A stretch of DNA of 64,000 nt from Opitutaceae bacterium (GCA_051252375.1 JBPOFY010000007.1:103843-167842); one strand, 5' to 3'. Shown: positions 8,863 to 18,050, counted from the stretch's first letter. Notes: a model not told the origin generated them from the letters alone. Numbers and translations are program-made.

Positions 8863-10188
8863 TTATTTCGCGGGCACCAACTGGCTAGAGTTGATAGTGC
8901 GGGTCCAGAGCTCTTTGCCTTCCATGCTCATTACACGCAGGACGAGCTGACGCTCCTCCTCGGGGCCGGTGACATCGATCAGTGCATATTGCCGCTCAAA
9001 AGTGCTGCTGCCGGGCATGCGGAAGAAGTTTAACTCGTCGGCGTTGTCCCTAGGCTTTGCGGTTAGTGGGCCAACAGTGAGGTCGTATAGATTGTAACTG
9101 TTGGCGTGAACCAGTCGAGTGAGCTCGCCGTAGTATTTGCCGCCGCTGATGAAGAATAAACCTGGGATACGCTCGTCGCGCAACATCTGCAGTAGTTTAG
9201 AGTGCTCGCGCTCAGCATAGCTAAGATTCTCGCGGCTATCGGCCGGGTTCAGGATCGGGCTACCGGCAACGATGAATTTAAAGGTCGCGGTGCTGCGAAT
9301 GATCTCTTGGCGGAACCATTCAATCTGCTCTTTGCCTAGAATCGACGCCACTTCTTGACTAGTGGGGGTGTCGTTACGGTAGCTGCGAACATCCAGAATG
9401 AAGAAATCAACATCCGCACGACGAAAGCGAGTGGCGATGCCTTCCAATGATTTGATTTTTACAGGTTGAGGCCAAAATGCTTTAAAGCTGCTCTCGGCAT
9501 GGTCGCGGAAAGAGTAGTGGCGTCCAGAATGTTCCATCCCATAGTCAGCGCCACCCCAAGTTGCATAATTGGGCACACTCGACAGAAGAGGGCTAAGCTC
9601 AGGAATTGAACGTGCCTTTGTGTAACGCTTTAGGTAGCCGCTTTTGGATGCCCAATCACTTTCACGCAGATGAGCGGTATTGCCCAGCCAGAGCATTATG
9701 TCCGGCTTCTTCTCCACGATGCTTGAGAAAATGTTATAACCGCCGCCGAGTGTTTGGTAGGGCGGCTCAAATCCATCCTCCACAACGTAATGCGCGCCAC
9801 CAATCGCTATGCGAAAATCGGGTGGGGGCGTGCGACCGTGATAGAAAGCAGGTGACTTAAATGTGTATGTGCCGCTTACAAGCGCACCATTTAGCTCAAC
9901 ACGATAGGTGTATGTTTTACCGGGCTCGACTTCATGGAGAACGATGCTCGCAGTATTGCCCAATCCGCTATCCGTTTCTACCGGTAAGCTCCAATGTGCT
10001 TTGCTACCATCACCAGCATCATAAGAAATGCGCACCAAAGCGGGCTCCTCTGTTTGCACCCATACTGTCGCCTCGCGAAGGTCGACATGTCCGAGCATCG
10101 GACCGTTGAGGATGCCTGCTTGCAGGCTAGAACTTGTGATGACAAGTAAACCGATCAGGATGGCGAAAGTGCGGGATAGGGAAAACAT
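8863..10188 (-). CDS. PhoD-like alkaline phosphatase D family protein with degenerate metal-binding motifs
   Basis: Signal peptide from ATG 10188; GPMLG..vWVQT Fn3-like N-domain; LDVRSYR and LGKEQIEWF core motifs; catalytic motifs altered. Confidence 0.75.
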   Translation of the reverse strand: MFSLSRTFAILIGLLVITSSSLQAGILNGPMLGHVDLREATVWVQTEEPALVRISYDAGDGSKAHWSLPVETDSGLGNTASIVLHEVEPGKTYTYRVELNGALVSGTYTFKSPAFYHGRTPPPDFRIAIGGAHYVVEDGFEPPYQTLGGGYNIFSSIVEKKPDIMLWLGNTAHLRESDWASKSGYLKRYTKARSIPELSPLLSSVPNYATWGGADYGMEHSGRHYSFRDHAESSFKAFWPQPVKIKSLEGIATRFRRADVDFFILDVRSYRNDTPTSQEVASILGKEQIEWFRQEIIRSTATFKFIVAGSPILNPADSRENLSYAEREHSKLLQMLRDERIPGLFFISGGKYYGELTRLVHANSYNLYDLTVGPLTAKPRDNADELNFFRMPGSSTFERQYALIDVTGPEEERQLVLRVMSMEGKELWTRTINSSQLVPAK

Positions 10189-10315
10189 TACGAAATTATA
10201 TAGCAAAAACTGAAGACACCATTGGAAACAGCTTGTGCCACGGGTCAAGGAGTGATTGGGCCGATTCTCTCGGAATTTGCAGACTTGGATCGGTGATCTT
10301 CTCGAAAGCGTCAAC

Positions 10316-11140
10316 CTAAGATACGTCGATCTTACGATGGCGCGAGAAGTGAACGGAGTTGACCACGCGATCCACAATCGGTGGACGTTCCATTGGAGCA
10401 TCCAAAATGGACCCATAGACATTTTTCAATAACTGTTCGCGTTCAGCTTGCTGAGAAATGTAACGATGCCGAACTTCAACAAGTCCGGGGCGCAACTCCA
10501 ACCACAGTGCCTTAATCTCAGTGATACGCGGAAAAAGACTGATACGTTGGCTTAGTTCCTTATTTGCTTTAAAGTCGGGCGATTTATCCATGGTTACACT
10601 GATCGCAACTAAGCAATCGCGCTCTTCCTCGCTCAATGACTGCCAGCTGACACCACATAGTTCACATCGTGCCTCTGAGATGATGTGATGGATCGAAGGA
10701 GGTCGCTGACGCATGACGAGTGCCACCCATCGTAGTGGCCAGTTTTCAAACGCATATGCGATAAAGGCAAAACGAGTCTCCGGATCCAATAGGCGCAACT
10801 TAGTGACCAATGCCTCTGTTGATTGAATGTCACCGTCACTCGGTGCGTTTTCAATCAGCGCACTAGCCAGCATGTATTCAAAATCAGATAGACGTTCAGC
10901 GTAGCGTAAGTGCTGCCACAAGCCTAAGAACACCTGTTCGACACGCGCCATACGGATTTCAGCGGGTTCGCTGACGGAGCTGCCGAAATAGGCCTGCGCC
11001 AAGTCGACGTAGTTAGCCACGAGTGCAAGGTATTGCTCGCGATCTTCGCCTTTAGCGGCTTTGAGTTGGGCGCGTCGTGCTTTTCGCTCAGGTGTGGAAC
11101 AGAAAAGCCGGAAAAAGAAGCGGCGGATGGCAGCCATCAT
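10316..11140 (-). CDS. Divergent ECF sigma-70-like protein with C-terminal extension
   Basis: Region-2-like VEQVFLGLWQH..SDFEYML and region-4-like LRLLDPETRFAF..VALVM..IISEARCEL. Start moved to MMAAIR, just after the upstream stop. Confidence 0.55.
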   Translation of the reverse strand: MMAAIRRFFFRLFCSTPERKARRAQLKAAKGEDREQYLALVANYVDLAQAYFGSSVSEPAEIRMARVEQVFLGLWQHLRYAERLSDFEYMLASALIENAPSDGDIQSTEALVTKLRLLDPETRFAFIAYAFENWPLRWVALVMRQRPPSIHHIISEARCELCGVSWQSLSEEERDCLVAISVTMDKSPDFKANKELSQRISLFPRITEIKALWLELRPGLVEVRHRYISQQAEREQLLKNVYGSILDAPMERPPIVDRVVNSVHFSRHRKIDVS

Positions 11141-11154
11141 CGGTAGTCCTCGGG

Positions 11155-11847
11155 CTAGTCCTTGTCTCCAGGGTGCCGACGAGACTCGTGACGGCAGTCT
11201 CCCATGACCCGGATCCAAAGCTCACGCAGATCAAACAACCGGATAGATGTTTCACGACGAAAGCCGTCGAGAAACTCCTGATTTGGGTGTGTGAGCTGGT
11301 TGAGCAGGGCTAAAGATTGGTTAAGCGCACTCAAGCTGTTCTTGAGGTGGCAAATTGACAGACCGAAATCACCGAGATCGAGGGCCTGTATGGATAAAAG
11401 CACATTCATTTCTGCTTGGTGCAGGCTTTTGGCGTATTTCCAGCAGACTGTTGCAGAGATGTGGTTCTCGCTGTGAGCCATGTAATGCTCCCAGCTTTGG
11501 TGTAAATAGCGGTAAAGTGCACGAGTGACGACGAACACAGGGTGACGATGCAGCGTATAAGGCGCACCTTCGTTGGCTTCTGCGGCATTCGTTGACTCGT
11601 CATCACTTTCCATGAAAGTGAAATCATCAGTCATGGAAATGTCTTCTGCATCCCAACCCATCAGTGTAGCCACCTCGTCGAGATGGTTCGGCTTATCCTT
11701 TACACTGTTGTAGATCGAAAGAAAGCGTGAGGTGTCGCGGTCAGAACCTTTTAGATAGTTTCGCCATTGGGACTCGCTCCAGTTGGGTTCACTGGTGAAC
11801 TCTTCGTCCCAATCGCCTTCAGAATGATCAAAATTTGATTCGCTCAT
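11155..11847 (-). CDS. Hypothetical protein with acidic N-terminus and helical C-terminus
   Basis: 230-aa ORF from ATG 11847, 14 nt upstream of the next gene; no family recognised. Confidence 0.7.
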   Translation of the reverse strand: MSESNFDHSEGDWDEEFTSEPNWSESQWRNYLKGSDRDTSRFLSIYNSVKDKPNHLDEVATLMGWDAEDISMTDDFTFMESDDESTNAAEANEGAPYTLHRHPVFVVTRALYRYLHQSWEHYMAHSENHISATVCWKYAKSLHQAEMNVLLSIQALDLGDFGLSICHLKNSLSALNQSLALLNQLTHPNQEFLDGFRRETSIRLFDLRELWIRVMGDCRHESRRHPGDKD

Positions 11848-12022
11848 ATATTTCGGTAATTTCCGATAAGCAGAATGTGTGCGCATATAATTTAAAAATC
11901 AACCCCGTTTTCCAACTCTTCTGAAATTGCTTTTCGCATCTAAACGACTTATAAATTGTTCGCTTATCGTAGTTGCTACCATTTTGGAGCACATATCAAC
12001 TTACTTAATCTTTTGAAACCAA

Positions 12023-12304
12023 ATGAGTGACAATGTCTTCCGTATGAAATGCTGGTTCGAGGGGCACGTGCAAGGCGTGGGCTTCCGATACCAAACTATC
12101 AGTGTCGCCAAGGGCTTTGAAGTGACTGGAACTATCCAGAATTTGGTCGATGGTCGTGTCTATCTCTATGCCGAAGGCGAAGAGAGCGAAGTCACCCAGT
12201 TCCAACAGGAGGTAGCCTCCGAACTCTCTGATTATATTCGAGAAACTGAGTTGAAGAGCGACTTCGGTCCACGCATAACCAGTAATTTCCGCATTCTACA
12301 GTAA
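12023..12304 (+). CDS. acyP: Acylphosphatase
   Basis: GHVQGVGFRY and GTIQNLVDGRV signatures. Confidence 0.9.
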   Translation: MSDNVFRMKCWFEGHVQGVGFRYQTISVAKGFEVTGTIQNLVDGRVYLYAEGEESEVTQFQQEVASELSDYIRETELKSDFGPRITSNFRILQ

Positions 12305-12306
12305 TT

Positions 12307-13206
12307 ATGGCGACTCCAGCGATACGTATCCAAGGACTGACGAAGGATTTTTCCGTCGGTATGCGCGGGCTCAAACTGCGCGCCGTCGATGGGCTAAACC
12401 TCGAAGTCGGCGACAATGAGATCTTCGGACTCCTTGGGCCCAATGGCTCAGGCAAGAGCACGACGATCAAAATCATTCTCGGGCTGCTGCAAGCCTCGGT
12501 CGGAGAGTGCCATATCTACGGCAAACCCAGCCATACCGTCGATGCGCGTCGCAGTGTCGGCTTTCTGCCGGAAGCGCCGTATTTCTACCGCTACCTGTCA
12601 GGGCGCGAGTTGATCCGTTTTTACGCCCGCGTGTGCGGCGTGCCACGCAGCAAAATCAAGGAACAAGTCGATTCCGTGATCGAACTAGTTGGAATGACAG
12701 AAGCCGCGCATCGCCGTGTGGGCACTTATTCGAAAGGTATGCTCCAGCGCATCGGTCTCGCGCAGGCACTCGTCCACGATCCGCAACTAGTCATCCTCGA
12801 CGAGCCCACCGCCGGGGTGGACCCACTGGGATCTGCCGCCATTGCTGAGATCGTTCGCGAACTCAAGCGACGCGGGAAAACGATTTTACTATCTTCGCAC
12901 CTTTTAGCTCAAATTGAAGGGCTCTGCGACCGAGTCGCGATCCTACATCGCGGCAAACTCGTGCGCGAAGGACGGGTCGATGACCTCGTGCAGGACCAGC
13001 ATACCGAGTCACTCGTAGTCGAAGGGCTCAGTCCGGCAGGTCGTGCCGCAGTCGAGCAAGCCATCGCGGCGGAGGGTGGGCGACTTTGCCGCGTCGAAAA
13101 ACCAAAACTCAGCCTTGATGCGCTCTTTTTGAAAGAAGTGCAGCAACAAGAAGCGGCCCGCAGCGATTCAACCGACACAGTAGAGAAGGGAGGCAAACAT
13201 GATTGA
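12307..13206 (+). CDS. ABC transporter ATP-binding protein
   Basis: Walker A GPNGSGKST, signature YSKGM, Walker B ILDEP. Confidence 0.93.
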   Translation: MATPAIRIQGLTKDFSVGMRGLKLRAVDGLNLEVGDNEIFGLLGPNGSGKSTTIKIILGLLQASVGECHIYGKPSHTVDARRSVGFLPEAPYFYRYLSGRELIRFYARVCGVPRSKIKEQVDSVIELVGMTEAAHRRVGTYSKGMLQRIGLAQALVHDPQLVILDEPTAGVDPLGSAAIAEIVRELKRRGKTILLSSHLLAQIEGLCDRVAILHRGKLVREGRVDDLVQDQHTESLVVEGLSPAGRAAVEQAIAAEGGRLCRVEKPKLSLDALFLKEVQQQEAARSDSTDTVEKGGKHD

Positions 13207-14032
13207 TTCCATTAATCGCATACGCTTCATCGCGGGCAATACCTTCCTCGAAGCAGTGCGCCAGAAGTTCTTCAACTCGCTCTTGTTGATCTCCATCGCA
13301 TTGCTTGCCAGTTCCACCTTCTTCCAGCAGTTCGATTTCGGCACCAATGAGCTGAAGTTTATCACTGATTTTGGCTTTGGGGCGCTGTTCTTTTTTGGCT
13401 CGATCCTATCGGTGACCGCCACCACGCAGTTGTTTTTCAATGAAATAGAAAATCGCACCGCGCTGACAATGCTTGCGAAACCGATCCACAAGCTGGAGTT
13501 CCTCGCTGGCAAGTTTTTCGGGGCACATATGCTCATGCTGTGCTTCACCGCAGTCATCACGCTCGTGCTGGCTGGTATGCTTTACTGGCGGGAAACAGAA
13601 TTGATGGCTCGACTCGGCGAAGCATTTATCGACGGACGCTTGGTTAATTATAGCGATATCTTCGTCTTCGGTCTGCTCCAATGGATGAAGTTTGGGGTGC
13701 TGACAGCGATCACGCTGTTTATTGCCAGTTTTTCGAACACCAACCTCTACACCATCGTCGTTTCCTTCTTCGTGCTGATCATTTGCCAACTGCAATACAT
13801 CGCACGTGATGCCTATTCGACGATGGAGGCGGGTATTGGTCGCTGGTTAGTGCAATTCCTCGGTTTGATCTTTCCGAATTTCCAACTGTTCAATATCGGC
13901 GATCAATTGGTCTTCAATGTGAAGGCGCCGATCCCAGCGGTGACGATCCTGCAGATTGTCGGGTATGGTCTGATCTATACCGTTGTTTTCGTCTTACTCG
14001 CTCATGTGAATTTCCGCCGTCGAGAGATTTAG
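13199..14032 (+). CDS. ABC-2-type permease
   Basis: About 6 TM segments; EIENRT..TMLAKPI....FLAGKF motif; overlaps the ATPase gene. Confidence 0.85.
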   Translation: MIDSINRIRFIAGNTFLEAVRQKFFNSLLLISIALLASSTFFQQFDFGTNELKFITDFGFGALFFFGSILSVTATTQLFFNEIENRTALTMLAKPIHKLEFLAGKFFGAHMLMLCFTAVITLVLAGMLYWRETELMARLGEAFIDGRLVNYSDIFVFGLLQWMKFGVLTAITLFIASFSNTNLYTIVVSFFVLIICQLQYIARDAYSTMEAGIGRWLVQFLGLIFPNFQLFNIGDQLVFNVKAPIPAVTILQIVGYGLIYTVVFVLLAHVNFRRREI

Positions 14033-14036
14033 TGCC

Positions 14037-14876
14037 ATGCACGAAGGTTCATTCATAGAGCATCCCTTAGTCATACGTCTGCGTCGCATCGTAGTCGTTT
14101 TGCTAGTCCTGATCTTTGTAGGCGCGCTGCTACGCCCGATTGAGTCACCCGCATGGCAAGTGGTGAAGTCTGGGCAATCAGAGCTCAACTTAGAAGGCAT
14201 TGAAGGCTCACTAGGGCAGGGACTCGTCGTCGGCGTGCTCGGTGGGTTTCGCGCGATTATGGCCGATTTCATGTGGATTCGAGTGAATACCATTTGGGAG
14301 CGCCGCGACCGCACCAAGCTCGATGCGATGATCCGGCTCTCCACAACTCTGGACCCGCGCCAAAGCTTTTTCTGGTTCAACGGAGCCCGTATGATCGCTT
14401 ACGATGTCCCTAATTGGCGCATTAGAGAAGAAGGGGGCTACTCCGAGGTGCCGGAATCCCGCCAAGATGAAATCAATCGAGAACAAGCTGAACAGGCATT
14501 CATCTTTCTGGCAAAGGCGCGCGAGTTCCATCCCGACGAGCCCAAGCTCGTGGTCGAGGTCGCACAGATTTACCTCAACCGCCTAAAGGATATCCCCAAC
14601 GCCGCCGAATGGTTTCTGAAAACATCCAAGATGCCCAATGCGCCATATTTCGCCGCCCGGATTTACGCCGAGCTCCTCAGGAGGCAAGGCCTCGACCGCG
14701 AAGCCTACGACTACCTGCGTGTATTATACGCAGAACTCCCCAACGATCCTTACGCCCAGAAAAACATCATTTTAGAGCGTATCCGCACACTCGAAAGCAT
14801 ATTGGAAATCCCGTATTTGTTACGCTTCAACCCAGGTGATGTGAGCCCGGCAGACCATCATGGACATAGTCATTAA
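14037..14876 (+). CDS. Membrane-anchored helical-repeat (TPR-like) protein
   Basis: N-terminal TM segment; ADFMW..LDP motif; helical repeats; operonic with the ABC genes. Confidence 0.65.
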   Translation: MHEGSFIEHPLVIRLRRIVVVLLVLIFVGALLRPIESPAWQVVKSGQSELNLEGIEGSLGQGLVVGVLGGFRAIMADFMWIRVNTIWERRDRTKLDAMIRLSTTLDPRQSFFWFNGARMIAYDVPNWRIREEGGYSEVPESRQDEINREQAEQAFIFLAKAREFHPDEPKLVVEVAQIYLNRLKDIPNAAEWFLKTSKMPNAPYFAARIYAELLRRQGLDREAYDYLRVLYAELPNDPYAQKNIILERIRTLESILEIPYLLRFNPGDVSPADHHGHSH

Positions 14877-14903
14877 AGAATGTAGAAAGCACTAGATCGC
14901 GGG

Positions 14904-15242
14904 CTAGACCAGTCCGTTCTTTTGGATCTCTTTTAGCTTGTTGGCATCCACGACATCGGGGGCGCGTTTGTCCTTACCGGCGGTCTTATGATACCGACCG
15001 GTGACTTTGTCTTTTTCGTAGCGAGTGAAGCCGTGTTTCTCGACGTTTTCGTCGGTCAATTTGTTCTTGGTCGCGCCTTCGGTGTATTTGCTCGATACGT
15101 TGGGGGCGTGGAAGACCTTGCGGACCGGATTGCCGGTTCGTGGATGGGTCTTAAGTGGATCGTCGGCCATGCGTTGGATGTATTCAAAGGCTTCGCCGTC
15201 TGAACCGTCTGGGAGGATTTCTTGGTAAACGTAGGTGGGCAT
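14904..15242 (-). CDS. FmdB-family regulatory (zinc-ribbon-like) protein lacking cysteines
   Basis: MPTYVY...FEYIQRMADDPL.THP.TG.PVRK matches the FmdB pattern apart from the CxxC pairs. Confidence 0.7.
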   Translation of the reverse strand: MPTYVYQEILPDGSDGEAFEYIQRMADDPLKTHPRTGNPVRKVFHAPNVSSKYTEGATKNKLTDENVEKHGFTRYEKDKVTGRYHKTAGKDKRAPDVVDANKLKEIQKNGLV

Positions 15243-15249
15243 GGTTTTA

Positions 15250-15467
15250 AAAGGCTGAAAACTGAAATGCTGAAAAGTTGAGATTTCTTAAAGGACTTCA
15301 ATAAAGGCTGAAAACTGAAAGCTGAGACAGGATGTTTTGAGTAATTGGATCTGAGGTTTTTAACGCATCTGTTCCAGATATAGGTTTCACGAAATAATAT
15401 TCGATGCAACTCGCAACATGAATTACGCATCCTGCATTACGAATCCCGTATCTCGTATCAAAAATCT
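15250..15467. repeat. Short-period (7-8 bp) degenerate tandem repeats
   Basis: Exact 18-bp repeat aaaggctgaaaactgaaa at 15250 and 15303; heptamer run tgcaact cgcaaca tgaatta cgcatcc tgcatta cgaatcc cgtatct cgtatca at 15405-15460. Confidence 0.75.
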
Positions 15468-15612
15468 CATCCCACAAATCCCTAATATTAGACCTCAAAT
15501 CACCGAACTCGCCAATCAACTGTCACAAAGTCAAATTGTAGCTTGCATGGGATAGCGTCCAAACTAAGTTCTGAGCGTTTTAGGACGCCCATTAACCGGC
15601 ACTGAAATCAAC

Positions 15613-16158
15613 ATGCAAAATCAAAACGTAGCCTACGATAGCAAAGTAGAGGGTGAAATCATTGTCACTCAAGCAGATGCTGTCATTAATTGGATTCGAA
15701 AGCACTCCGTTTGGCCGATGCCAATGGGGTTGGCTTGCTGTGCGATCGAGTTGATGGCCGCTGGGGCATCACGCTTCGATATCTCCCGATTCGGAATGGA
15801 AGTGATGCGATTTTCGCCTCGTCAGGCCGATTGCATGATCGTTGCCGGCACGGTGACCTATAAAATGGCCGAGGTGGTGCGACGTATTTACGACCAAATG
15901 GCCGAGCCAAAATGGGTGGTCGCGATGGGAGCCTGTGCGAGCACCGGCGGCATGTATCGCTCGTATGCGACTTTGCAAGGCGTGGACCGTATTATCCCCG
16001 TAGATGTTTATATAAGTGGCTGTCCGCCACGTCCGGAAGCGTTACTCGACGCGATGATTAAATTGCAGGACAAGATTGGCCGTGAGAATTCGGCTAAAAA
16101 CTTGACCGCCCGAAAGGCCTATTCGCTTGAATCGGCTGGAGCAGGAAAGGAAAGCTAA
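15613..16158 (+). CDS. nuoB: NADH-quinone oxidoreductase subunit B
   Basis: [21 protein letters not shown]. Confidence 0.96.
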   Translation: MQNQNVAYDSKVEGEIIVTQADAVINWIRKHSVWPMPMGLACCAIELMAAGASRFDISRFGMEVMRFSPRQADCMIVAGTVTYKMAEVVRRIYDQMAEPKWVVAMGACASTGGMYRSYATLQGVDRIIPVDVYISGCPPRPEALLDAMIKLQDKIGRENSAKNLTARKAYSLESAGAGKES

Positions 16159-16161
16159 ACC

Positions 16162-16776
16162 ATGGCTGAGAGCGATTTGGCTCAATTAACAGAGCGCTTT
16201 GATTTCTTAACAGAAAGAGCGTCGTCTGATCATCTGGCATTGAATTGCCCGGCAGATAAGCTTATCGAGCTTTGCTCGGCGCTGCGCGACGACTTCGGCT
16301 ACGATATGCTGATCGACGTGACTGCGGTGGACTGGGACGTGCAAAGCCCGCGCTTCACCGGCATTTATCACTTTCTTTCGACCACGAAGCACGAATACAT
16401 CCGTATCGCTGCGGACTGCACGGACGACATCAATCCGGCGCTACCATCCTTGACGGGACTATATGCCGCGGCCAACTGGCACGAGCGTGAGACTTACGAC
16501 TTGATGGGAATCACTTACGAGGGGCACCCTGATCTACGCCGCATCTTGATGTGGGACAGCTATCCGTATCACCCGTTGCGCAAAGATTTCCCGCTTGCCG
16601 GTATCGAAACACCGCTTCCAGCGGACGACGTCGCCGAAGTTACCGGAGCCAGTGTTTTACCTGCACCGATGATGGGCGGTCCATTCACTTCTTCTGGAGA
16701 TGGACCCATGAGCCAAACAGAGCCAAGCGCTAAGGACGAGAGCTGGACTGAAAAGAAGGAGAAACCTGTTAAATAA
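16162..16776 (+). CDS. nuoC: NADH-quinone oxidoreductase subunit C
   Basis: ANWHERETYDLMGI.YEGHPDLRRIL..HPLRKDFP. Confidence 0.95.
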   Translation: MAESDLAQLTERFDFLTERASSDHLALNCPADKLIELCSALRDDFGYDMLIDVTAVDWDVQSPRFTGIYHFLSTTKHEYIRIAADCTDDINPALPSLTGLYAAANWHERETYDLMGITYEGHPDLRRILMWDSYPYHPLRKDFPLAGIETPLPADDVAEVTGASVLPAPMMGGPFTSSGDGPMSQTEPSAKDESWTEKKEKPVK

Positions 16777-16782
16777 TTTCCC

Positions 16783-18021
16783 ATGGCCACTACCAAAGAA
16801 ATAACAATCGGTGACGTGAATGCACGCGCAAGCGAGCTCGAAACCGAGCTGCAAGGTGAGACTATGGCGCTGAACGTCGGACCTTCTCACCCGACCACGC
16901 ACGGTGTGCTTCGCTTGATGATGGAGCTCGATGGCGATGTCGTTAAGAAGTGTGAGCCAGTGCTCGGCTATCTACACCGCGGCGATGAGAAGATTGCCGA
17001 AAACATGACTTATAATCAGTTCGTGCCTTACACGGACCGATTGGACTACCTCGCACCTTTGGCTAATAATGTCGCCTATGCGATGGCGGTGGAAAAATTG
17101 GCTGCCCTGGAAGTGCCTGAGCGCTGCGAATCAATTCGCGTGCTGTGCTGTGAGTTGGCCCGTGTTTCTTCGCACCTCCTCGGGATTGGCGTTTACGGTA
17201 TGGATGCTGGAGCATGGACGGTGTTCATGTTCACCTTTACCGAACGTGAGAAGTTATATACTTTATTTGAAGAACTGACAGGTGCTCGTTTCACCACCAG
17301 CTATACTCGTATCGGTGGTGTTGCTCGCGACATTCCTGAAGGCTGGCTCGGTCGCGTGCTTGATTTCTGCAAGGGTGTTTTGCCCGTGCTGGATCAAGTC
17401 GACAAGTTGCTCACTCGTAATCGTATCTTCATGGACCGCACAGTTGGTATTGGCGCGATTTCGAAAGAAGATGCGATTGCATACGGCATCACTGGCCCGA
17501 ACTTGCGCGCTTGCGGTGTGGATCTCGACCTACGCAAGGACAAGCCTTACCTCGGCTACGAGAAATATGATTTTGATGTGCCGATCGGCACCAACGGTGA
17601 TTGCTATGATCGCTACCTGATGCGTGCAGAGGAGATTCGCCAAAGTGTGCGTATCATCCGCCAGTGCATCGATCAATTCCCTGAAGGATCTTACTACGCC
17701 GAAGATGCAAAGAAGATTTTCGCCCCAAACAAGGCGAAGGTGTTGACGAGCATGGAAGAGTTGATCCAAAACTTCATGATCGTGACTGAAGGTCCACAGG
17801 TGCCTGCTGGTGAGGTATACTTCGAAGCTGAAAATCCCAAAGGGGCACTTGGTTTCTTCGTGGTATCTAAGGGTGGGGGCGTTCCATATCGTTTAAAGAT
17901 CCGTGGTCCATCTTTCTGTAATTTGAGTATCCTCGATAAGTTGATTCCCGGTCACTACTTGACGGACATCACCGTCATTCTTGGCTCGCTCGACTTCGTG
18001 ATGGGAGAGTGTGACCGCTAG
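16783..18021 (+). CDS. nuoD: NADH-quinone oxidoreductase subunit D
   Basis: NVGPSHPTTHGVLRL, GYLHRG.EK, DRLDY, C-terminal GECDR. Confidence 0.96.
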   Translation: MATTKEITIGDVNARASELETELQGETMALNVGPSHPTTHGVLRLMMELDGDVVKKCEPVLGYLHRGDEKIAENMTYNQFVPYTDRLDYLAPLANNVAYAMAVEKLAALEVPERCESIRVLCCELARVSSHLLGIGVYGMDAGAWTVFMFTFTEREKLYTLFEELTGARFTTSYTRIGGVARDIPEGWLGRVLDFCKGVLPVLDQVDKLLTRNRIFMDRTVGIGAISKEDAIAYGITGPNLRACGVDLDLRKDKPYLGYEKYDFDVPIGTNGDCYDRYLMRAEEIRQSVRIIRQCIDQFPEGSYYAEDAKKIFAPNKAKVLTSMEELIQNFMIVTEGPQVPAGEVYFEAENPKGALGFFVVSKGGGVPYRLKIRGPSFCNLSILDKLIPGHYLTDITVILGSLDFVMGECDR

Positions 18022-18050
18022 AAAATTTGAAATGCTGAAAAGCTGAACCG

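Noticed and set aside
15250..15467. CRISPR array
   Set aside because: The units are 7-18 bp without unique spacers of regular length, and there are no cas genes.
15056..15519. Minus-strand ORFs 15056-15430 and 15298-15519 as nuoA or a four-helix-bundle gene
   Set aside because: The translations reflect the repeats (e.g. DTRYGIRNAGCVIH, SAFSFQP) and show no NuoA or helical-bundle features.
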